A stretch of DNA of 64,000 bases from a virus. Each line of letters starts with the position of its first letter. Position 1 is the stretch's first letter. Below are positions 56,841 to 64,000 of this stretch, in pieces. The translations under genes were made by a program, and so were the position numbers. The stretch spans positions 1-64,000 of IMG/VR virus record IMGVR_UViG_3300031951_000034. One strand, given 5' to 3'. The notes under the pieces were generated by a model. That model had not been told where the DNA came from and did no database searches. It saw nothing but the letters and a program-made list of their open reading frames with translations.

Positions 56841-59267
56841 ATGTCCTCTATTAATTTAGTCAAATTATTGTCAACTTGCAAGGTTCTTCAATCAGGTACA
56901 ATTGTACCAATTGCAGCCTGTAGATGCCACAATAAAATAGATAATCAAGAAAGTCTAGAAATATTAACAAATGGCCCAGAGCCTATATTTAGGTGTTTTA
57001 AGTGTGGAGAATCTTACTGTGCTACATCATATATGCTGAAAAGGCTTGGGATGACCGATACTCAAGTAATAAATAAATTAATAGAATGTGGGTTTTCGAT
57101 TAATGAGTCAAATTACTTAGTTAGAAGAGGAGTCAAGTATTTAGAGTTTTTAACTAAATTTGAGACGGGCAGGCATGACTACAGGGAAAAGGTTCAATTA
57201 GATGAAAGAAGAATTAAGAGTTATGGAGATTGGTCACAGATCTCTGGCGCTGCATTAAATACCTTATTCTTTAGTAGATCTACAAGTAAATTAAATCAAT
57301 CAGTGGACTATAGTGTACTGATGACTAGGGATGAGAATGGCATACCAAATAAATGCTTAATTTACACTCTTTTGGGTTCTTATATAAGTGAAGTGAAAGT
57401 TCCAGTCCCTAGTGGTAAAATATCTATCTTAGCTGAGAGATGGACTGACTTTGTGCAGTGGACCAGCAAAATAATATTAACTGATTCATCTTTCCTTGCT
57501 TCCAATATATCAAAATCACTGGTTGATACCCAGGGCTTAATATCCTGCCCAGTGGGCGTTATGCTTGGATCGGAAAGCTCAGCAACATTCTTCAATAAGA
57601 TTTCACCAAAGACAGATGTAGTTCTTGGACTTGAAGAAAAGAGCTATAAATTTGCCTGCTTAAGTAATGCATCAACAGATGTATACATATACCGACTCAC
57701 TCAAACTGAGTCTGGTCTTTTTTCTATTACAAAAAGCTTTGATGACGAGATAAACAGAATAACTCCAGTTGATATTGTTCGAGATATAGTATACGAGCTA
57801 AAGCTATCTAATAAAAACGAAATTAAAAGTTTTTGTAATGAAATACTTAAAATGCATAATTGCTCGGATCATTTTAGGAATAGATTAATTGATTTTTATT
57901 GTCTTGAGACAGATACAGACAAAAAAAAGATAAATGAAGCAATAGCAATTTTTGGAACTAGTGTAAACAGTTTTTCAGCAGCTAATAAACAATTTAAGGT
58001 ACACAATAATTGTTATAATGAAGTTCTTCAAGACTGGACAATGAAACCTGTTAGTAACTTCTGGGTAAACATAAACAAAGCTCTTTGCGATGATGAGGGG
58101 AAAATAGAATATGATTGCACGCTGTTTATAGGAGACAACGAAGTTCAGTTTTTTATTCCTCACTGTGACTTCTTCCAGCACAAAAAACTATTTAAAGTAA
58201 TTAATTCTATTTGCGTAAAAAATTCATTAGAACAAGCTTACATGAACGCAAATAAATTAGTTATACAGGCAACTCCATATATTATAAGGGGACTAAATTC
58301 TTCAAAAGTAAACACAGTAAAGAAAGAAACTTATGGAATAAGTAATGAAACTCTTGTAGCTGAAACATTTAAGTGTGATAGAACTGGTATAATTATTTGC
58401 GACAATATAATAGGAGAGAATAATTTAAAAATAAGGACGCCAATAAATTTAAATAATATCAAGGAATACAATAAATTATGTAAAAATCAAATTAATGAAC
58501 TATGTTCGTCTGCCTTTGGCGCTGAAGTATTTGCGGCGTCTTTACAGTTTATACATTCTTTGATTAAAAATGATGTATCACATATTGTATCAAATAAAAA
58601 TATAGTAAGAGCAATATCTGAGGTTCTTGGCATAAGTACAGTAAATAATTTAGTTAAAAGCAAGATGCCACAAGCAATAGAAAAAACACTAAGCACAAAA
58701 AATTTAAATAAAAATTGCTGCACTATTTCGGTGATTGATAGTGACCAAAAATATACAAAAAATTTTATAACCCTGAAAACAGACACTAAACCTCAAATTT
58801 TAAATACAACAGAACCTATGCTGTTATTTATATTTAAGTTTTGCCTGGATAACTTAAATTCAAATTACTCAAAAAACGCAGAAAAACTTTTAAGTAGGGC
58901 TGACCAAGTCTATAACCTAAGAAACGCTATAGCAAAAATGTACAACGCTCAACAGTGTTTAGAGTCTTTTGCTTGGTATATAACAGAAGACATTAATTTA
59001 TCTAAATTTATTGAGACAGACGATAGTGGCACAAATATATATATAAAAGTGTTCACTGAATTAAAGGAAATGGGTTATGACTTCAAAAAGTCAGAGATAA
59101 TAAAATTACTTAAACTTAACCGCAAAAAGGTAACTTATCCTATGATTGACCCCAAAGATAGAAGAGTATTTATCAGGATAGGATTGCCAAATCCAATACA
59201 AGATCAAATAAACAACAAAAACAACACATGGACAACGATAAAGACGAGACATATTTTGATGAATTAA
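56841..59267 (+). CDS. large protein with N-terminal primase-type Zn finger (possibly degenerate primase/origin-binding protein)
   Basis: CRCH-X15-FRCFKCG resembles the CHC2 Zn finger. I see no clear TOPRIM DxD or Walker A motif. Confidence 0.4.
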   Translation: MSSINLVKLLSTCKVLQSGTIVPIAACRCHNKIDNQESLEILTNGPEPIFRCFKCGESYCATSYMLKRLGMTDTQVINKLIECGFSINESNYLVRRGVKYLEFLTKFETGRHDYREKVQLDERRIKSYGDWSQISGAALNTLFFSRSTSKLNQSVDYSVLMTRDENGIPNKCLIYTLLGSYISEVKVPVPSGKISILAERWTDFVQWTSKIILTDSSFLASNISKSLVDTQGLISCPVGVMLGSESSATFFNKISPKTDVVLGLEEKSYKFACLSNASTDVYIYRLTQTESGLFSITKSFDDEINRITPVDIVRDIVYELKLSNKNEIKSFCNEILKMHNCSDHFRNRLIDFYCLETDTDKKKINEAIAIFGTSVNSFSAANKQFKVHNNCYNEVLQDWTMKPVSNFWVNINKALCDDEGKIEYDCTLFIGDNEVQFFIPHCDFFQHKKLFKVINSICVKNSLEQAYMNANKLVIQATPYIIRGLNSSKVNTVKKETYGISNETLVAETFKCDRTGIIICDNIIGENNLKIRTPINLNNIKEYNKLCKNQINELCSSAFGAEVFAASLQFIHSLIKNDVSHIVSNKNIVRAISEVLGISTVNNLVKSKMPQAIEKTLSTKNLNKNCCTISVIDSDQKYTKNFITLKTDTKPQILNTTEPMLLFIFKFCLDNLNSNYSKNAEKLLSRADQVYNLRNAIAKMYNAQQCLESFAWYITEDINLSKFIETDDSGTNIYIKVFTELKEMGYDFKKSEIIKLLKLNRKKVTYPMIDPKDRRVFIRIGLPNPIQDQINNKNNTWTTIKTRHILMN

Positions 59268-60424
59268 TTAATGAAATAAAACCCCCAAAATGCCCCAAAT
59301 GTGGAAGCGACGACGTAATGACGAACCAATTCCACGCTATATGCCTAACCAATTGCGGATGGGTTGGTGACCTATCTGATGTTGCATCTAACTGTTCTAT
59401 ACTTAAAAGTATTTTTGTATGTGAGAGTTTTTTCAATTTAATAAATACTGGACCAAATAGCATAAAGCAGACAGCATTTGAAATCGCTAAACAAAAGGGG
59501 CTACCTGGATCAGATAACGAAAAAACTATATCAGTTGCTCGCGCATTTCTAAGTGAATTTGATGACTTTGGAGAAGAGATTAATTCAACAAGTTATTATT
59601 CAGATAGATTTATAAAATTACTTAAGCTAAATTCTTTAACTACTTTAAATAGGCTTTGCCATTTATTTGTAAAAATGGATGAAGAGAACCTAAACGTAAA
59701 TAGAACAATACAAGCGTATACAGGATTGATAGATCCTCAAGATAGCAAGGAAATATTAGGTAGTCAGAACAGTGATGAAGCTTTTTTGAGGAAGACCAAC
59801 TTAAATATAGAAAAGAAAAAAACTGATTTTGATGACTACCTGGTGTCTATAAGACACTCAGTTTATGGACGGCCAGACCTCTTTTTTCAAAGAGAGTTTA
59901 CAAAAACTGGAGCATACACAGATAAAAGTAAGCCAAGTATTAATATTTTAAATACGTCAAACATTTGGCAGCCTTTTTATTGGCCATCTATTGATTTTTC
60001 CGCTTCTAATCTTCTTAGGCTTGCAGCAGTTATACAGATCGGCCAAGACAATTTAACTTATGTAGTAAATGAATGCATGGATACTGGCAATTTTTTAGCT
60101 GGTGTTTACAAGCGAAACATTTACTCAAAAGATGTTAAATTTGTTAAGTCTAAAGCTGAAACATCTGAAGAAGCTATAAGGAGAATTAGAACGTCTTTTG
60201 AAAAAACTTTATTAGACGCAGAAAAAAATAATGTTTTCGTTGACCTTAGTTGGATAAAGGACTGGGGCTATGAATACACTCTAGATAAGAGTGTCCACGA
60301 AGTGGTTTCAGCCGCTTTCTGGAGGCAGTCATTATCAATAGAAATGCTTAATTTAATTGGATACAGTAAAGATACGTTGCTGGATGAGATGTATCAAGAG
60401 ATGACACAAAACCATATAAAATAA
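59228..60424 (+). CDS. Zn-ribbon protein of unknown function
   Basis: CPKCGS...CLTNCGW near the N-terminus. Confidence 0.5.
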   Translation: MDNDKDETYFDELINEIKPPKCPKCGSDDVMTNQFHAICLTNCGWVGDLSDVASNCSILKSIFVCESFFNLINTGPNSIKQTAFEIAKQKGLPGSDNEKTISVARAFLSEFDDFGEEINSTSYYSDRFIKLLKLNSLTTLNRLCHLFVKMDEENLNVNRTIQAYTGLIDPQDSKEILGSQNSDEAFLRKTNLNIEKKKTDFDDYLVSIRHSVYGRPDLFFQREFTKTGAYTDKSKPSINILNTSNIWQPFYWPSIDFSASNLLRLAAVIQIGQDNLTYVVNECMDTGNFLAGVYKRNIYSKDVKFVKSKAETSEEAIRRIRTSFEKTLLDAEKNNVFVDLSWIKDWGYEYTLDKSVHEVVSAAFWRQSLSIEMLNLIGYSKDTLLDEMYQEMTQNHIK

Positions 60425-60475
60425 ATTATTGTCCCATAAAACCTAGAAAAGTAGTTTGCTTATAGAAAGTAATTA

Positions 60476-61447
60476 ATGAAACCAAAAATATTAATATATG
60501 GAATGGGAGTTTGGTCACACGCCAGAGTTTACTGGGATCTAATAAATAACCTGTCGGATGAGTTTAACTTTAACTTTATTTCATGGACTTTTGATGGCAA
60601 TTTTGATTTTAATCAATTGTCTAAAAGTTTTGATGCAATATTGATAGACATGAATTCAGCGCAGGAGTGCATTGATGTAGTATTCAATCAAGAAACAATA
60701 AATAAGGTGCTGCCTATTTGCCATGGACCACAGCAAGTTGCTGACTACACCTTTAGGTCAAAAAAAAGTAGACTAAATTCATACACAAATAGAGATATTT
60801 TATATAAAGATACTGATATATTTAGAAATATTTTATGTGTATCTCCTAACACAATTCACGCAATTAAAAAAGAGATACCAGAAATATCTTCAAAGCTTTT
60901 ATTGACCCCACTAGGTGTTGATCAAAATAATTTTAAGATATCAAAATACACCAGGGAAGAAGTTAAGACACTAGGATATTTTACTCACTACAATTCATTG
61001 CATTGTCAGGGGATGGACACAAAAAGAGGGCATCTCGCAAAGCGTGTTTCTGAATTGACAGGAATACCTTTGTATATGAGGTCAGATTCTCCCTATCAAG
61101 TAATGGACCAAATGTATAAAAATATTGACGTATACTTAATGACATCAATCTATGAATCTGGCCCACTTGGATTATTTGAGGCTGGTATATGTGGAATACC
61201 AATTATATCATCACCAGCTGGTTACGCTCCACAATTCCTAAGTAATGGAGGGGGAGTAATGACCGAAACATTTGATGAAGAAGAATACATCAAAATGGCT
61301 GTAAATGTTTTGAATTACTGGAAGAAAAACCCAAAAGACTTTCAAAGAGAGTCCTTAAAAGTAATGCAAAACACTATTGAAAATCATTCATGGGAAGCAG
61401 TAAAAGACAAGTGGGTTAAATCAATAAAAAAATTCATAGATCCTTAA
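60476..61447 (+). CDS. glycosyltransferase, GT-B fold family 4
   Basis: DVYLMTSIYESGPLGLFEAGICGIPIISSPAG (EX7E motif). Confidence 0.85.
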   Translation: MKPKILIYGMGVWSHARVYWDLINNLSDEFNFNFISWTFDGNFDFNQLSKSFDAILIDMNSAQECIDVVFNQETINKVLPICHGPQQVADYTFRSKKSRLNSYTNRDILYKDTDIFRNILCVSPNTIHAIKKEIPEISSKLLLTPLGVDQNNFKISKYTREEVKTLGYFTHYNSLHCQGMDTKRGHLAKRVSELTGIPLYMRSDSPYQVMDQMYKNIDVYLMTSIYESGPLGLFEAGICGIPIISSPAGYAPQFLSNGGGVMTETFDEEEYIKMAVNVLNYWKKNPKDFQRESLKVMQNTIENHSWEAVKDKWVKSIKKFIDP

Positions 61448-61474
61448 AAACACAAAAACAACAACCAAAACAAC

Positions 61475-61936
61475 ATGAACGAATTAGAACAACTCCAAGA
61501 CGGTATAACTAAAAACAAGAAAGCTATTTTTTCTGCGTTGTCGGTATTAAACGTGGGGGAAGTAAGTGCTTCTTATAGTGGATCCGGAGATAGTGGATCT
61601 ATCAATGACATAACTTTTTGGATAAAAAATAAAAAAACTAAAAAATTTGAACAAGTATTTGACTGGAAAAAAATATGCGGTAAAACTCCTAAAATCACAA
61701 TAACTGAAATAAATCATTCTTGGGGGTCGACACAATTCCAGTTAGAGTCAAAAGAAAAAGAACTCGATATATACGAAGCAGTTGAAACTTATTTGTATCA
61801 AGTATTAGAGTCACGTCATCCAGGATGGGAAATCAACGCAGGATCTAACGGTGACTTTCAATTTTTTGTTGAAGACAACAAAATAGACTGGAGTCATTGC
61901 ACAATGATAGAAGACTACGAAACAAGCACGCTTTAA
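61475..61936 (+). CDS. conserved hypothetical protein (DUF6878-like)
   Basis: YSGSGDSG and GWEINAGSNG motifs. Family assignment from memory, unverified. Confidence 0.5.
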   Translation: MNELEQLQDGITKNKKAIFSALSVLNVGEVSASYSGSGDSGSINDITFWIKNKKTKKFEQVFDWKKICGKTPKITITEINHSWGSTQFQLESKEKELDIYEAVETYLYQVLESRHPGWEINAGSNGDFQFFVEDNKIDWSHCTMIEDYETSTL

Positions 61937-62277
61937 TGAGTCACCCATACCATCACAGCATGTCTTCTGTGAAAAAGTGGGGTGGATGCGTAGACGATTA
62001 TATAGAAATACATAACTGGTTTGACCAAAGCAAAGAAATGTTTGCTGATTTCAGGCACAGAGCTTTAAGGCATCACTCCGAAGGCATATATCAATGTGAA
62101 AGACAATTTGGCACAACAATAACACTATCTACCGGAAAGATCATACCGACTAGGTGGGTTGCCGAACAACATGTAGCAGAAGACTTGGGACGTATACCAA
62201 GTATTCAGGACTGGTTTGAAAATATACAACCAAAGACCTGGATGAGAAGACCGCAAAAATTAACAGAAGAACTATAA
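61936..62277 (+). CDS. His-rich conserved hypothetical protein (DUF6915-like)
   Basis: Start at 61936 (TAATG coupling). MSHPYHH...KKWGG...IHNWFD...HRALRHH...EQHVAED. Family assignment from memory, unverified. Confidence 0.55.
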   Translation: MSHPYHHSMSSVKKWGGCVDDYIEIHNWFDQSKEMFADFRHRALRHHSEGIYQCERQFGTTITLSTGKIIPTRWVAEQHVAEDLGRIPSIQDWFENIQPKTWMRRPQKLTEEL

Positions 62278-62279
62278 AA

Positions 62280-62588
62280 ATGGAAAATAAACAAACACAA
62301 AAAAACAATAAATTCATGTTTAAGTGGAAGAAAAGATTTGGCGATGACAGATCTTTTAGTTGGTTAGAGTGTCACATAAAAGAACTAGGATGGACTTATG
62401 GAATAGAAGAAGGGTTTAAAAAAAATGGATATACTGCATGGGTTGAGCTAGTTAGGTTCGCTGAGCCAGTTACTATAATTAAAAAACCAGCAAAAACTAT
62501 AGAGGAAGCAGAAAAAGAGTGTAAAAAACATTTTGTATCTACTTCCGATAAGATTCAGGAATATATAAAGAAAAACAAAGTAAAATAA
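62280..62588 (+). CDS. hypothetical protein
   Basis: 102-aa ORF, tightly packed. Confidence 0.5.
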   Translation: MENKQTQKNNKFMFKWKKRFGDDRSFSWLECHIKELGWTYGIEEGFKKNGYTAWVELVRFAEPVTIIKKPAKTIEEAEKECKKHFVSTSDKIQEYIKKNKVK

Positions 62589-62590
62589 AG

Positions 62591-63016
62591 ATGAGTACTC
62601 ATCCAAGGACAGATAAAGTTTCAACTCCACATATAGGTTTTTACTCATGCGCCACAGTACCATCTAGTTTTGCCGCTGAGCTGGAAACAGAAAATGAGTC
62701 ACTAAAAAAAGAAATTGAAACACTTAAAACTAAAATAGTTAATCAATGTGATCGTATACGGTATTTAGAGGGTGCCACAAGTCATGACTGCGGAACACCG
62801 CTTTCAATAGCATTACGCGAGCGTGATGATGCCAGAAATGCTTTTACAATCGCAACAGACGAAATGGTTAAGGCACAATCAAAGACGCGAGAAATATCCA
62901 TGAAACTACAGACAGAATTGTCAGAATTAAAGCTGCATAATAGTAATTTGCAAATGTCCAACATACGATTAAATAATTTATTATGCGAACACGGAATACT
63001 TGAATATGGGAACTAA
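62591..63016 (+). CDS. coiled-coil hypothetical protein
   Basis: 141 aa with heptad-like repeats. Confidence 0.5.
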   Translation: MSTHPRTDKVSTPHIGFYSCATVPSSFAAELETENESLKKEIETLKTKIVNQCDRIRYLEGATSHDCGTPLSIALRERDDARNAFTIATDEMVKAQSKTREISMKLQTELSELKLHNSNLQMSNIRLNNLLCEHGILEYGN

Positions 63017-63278
63017 AAAAAGATGTATAGATATGGTGCGGACAACTGACGGAAGGCACCCAGAAGACGCTATATATGAGGTGGTGTCGTTTTTTATAAA
63101 ATTAAATGAATTAATGAATTTAGAGTTTTCAAGATTATATAAAAGTTTAAATATGAATCACCAAGGAATTAAAATACTTCAAGAATACATAAATTCTTGC
63201 CGGAATCATGATTTTGAAGATTTTTCACATTATCTAGAAACAATTAATAAAGATTACAATAAATTAATAAAAAAATAA
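63000..63278 (+). CDS. hypothetical protein
   Basis: 92-aa ORF. Exact start uncertain. Confidence 0.4.
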   Translation: MNMGTKKRCIDMVRTTDGRHPEDAIYEVVSFFIKLNELMNLEFSRLYKSLNMNHQGIKILQEYINSCRNHDFEDFSHYLETINKDYNKLIKK

Positions 63279-63279
63279 A

Positions 63280-63621
63280 ATGAGCAATAATGAGTATACC
63301 CCCCATAAATGGGTTATAGTTAAAATATATGGAGAAAACATAAAAACCACTTATAAGGTTTTTGGCTGCTGGTACGGGGGGTACACAGGCAGCGATTCTT
63401 GGCAAATGAACAGCGGAATACAGAGCGCTGAAAAAGTGGGAGAAAATTGGATATTTAAAGGGTTTTCTGGGTCTGTGTACATATGTAATCCAGGAAATTA
63501 TGGATTAAGTCTATACTGCAGTGGCGAACTTGAACAAATTATAGAAAGGTCAAAAAAAGAGGGGGTTACTGTTTGGCCTATGCATGGTGGCCTCGACTGG
63601 ACTAAATTTGATTATGAGTGA
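63280..63621 (+). CDS. conserved phage hypothetical protein
   Basis: YTPHKWVIVK...YKVFGCWYGGYTGSDSWQMNSGI, a motif I recall from many large phages. Confidence 0.6.
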   Translation: MSNNEYTPHKWVIVKIYGENIKTTYKVFGCWYGGYTGSDSWQMNSGIQSAEKVGENWIFKGFSGSVYICNPGNYGLSLYCSGELEQIIERSKKEGVTVWPMHGGLDWTKFDYE

Positions 63622-63808
63622 CGAACATAAAGTCGTAAGATTAATTCAAGACTCCCAAAGAATGGGATTCAAGATAAGAAAATGTAAAAATGGACTACAG
63701 TTAATACACAAGAATAAAAATGTCCATATACACACTATTCATAAGGGGAAGAGAGCATTACATCCATTGATCAGATTTCTTGATAAAACATCTGCAATTC
63801 TTCAATAA
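63614..63808 (+). CDS. small basic protein, possibly HicA-like fold
   Basis: Start likely at 63614. Contains GFKIRKCKNGLQLIH...HTIH. The fold guess is weak. Confidence 0.35.
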   Translation: MSDEHKVVRLIQDSQRMGFKIRKCKNGLQLIHKNKNVHIHTIHKGKRALHPLIRFLDKTSAILQ

Positions 63809-64000
63809 AATGGTGCAACCTCTTCTCCTATGTCTCTGATGTATGGTGCATTGACGGACATATTTGATGGCATACCAGCCATAGCAGGTAAATCAGTTAT
63901 TCCAAGTGCAGCAGTAAATATTGCATATCCCAGTGCATGTACAAAGTCGTCTGGTCTATCTTTATATCTGCTGTACCTTCTGACAGTTATTCCATGTGTA
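63802..64000 (-). CDS. terL: terminase large subunit, C-terminal end (partial; runs off window)
   Basis: Own translation of 63999->63802: THGITVRRYSRYKDRPDDFVHALGYAIFTAALG...FY*. The DD-x-x-HAL-x-YA motif matches the last acidic helix of the terminase nuclease domain. Confidence 0.6.
   Translation of the reverse strand, partial: THGITVRRYSRYKDRPDDFVHALGYAIFTAALGITDLPAMAGMPSNMSVNAPYIRDIGEEVAPFY

Overview
This window is the virion-morphogenesis region of a large, AT-rich, contractile-tailed bacteriophage (myovirus). The host cannot be identified from the sequence. Plus strand, in order: putative head proteins, prohead protease, scaffold, cement, major capsid protein, three tRNAs plus dCMP deaminase, neck, sheath, two tail tubes, spike, tail-assembly chaperone with a -1 frameshift, 1807-aa tape measure, baseplate with an embedded sigma-70-like gene, five paralogous fibre-adaptor-like genes, three collagen-like genes, other fibre genes and a GT4 glycosyltransferase. 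Around 53.4-55.1 kb is a non-coding RNA island: a tRNA-like RNA, a tRNA(CAU), a pistol-type self-cleaving ribozyme core, and a three-way-junction RNA with complementary 7-nt loops. Next come two minus-strand head-type genes, a 7-kb plus-strand accessory block, and the 3' end of a minus-strand terminase-like gene at the right edge. The strongest leads are (1) the tRNA / pistol ribozyme / kissing-loop RNA cassette; (2) a head-protein addressing system, meaning a K-x-A motif enriched in head proteins plus a shared M[NS]KY..Y N-terminal leader, including a free-standing copy of the tape-measure N-terminal domain; (3) three near-equal-length, Cys-capped collagens. All functional calls come from motif reading and gene order; no database searches were run.
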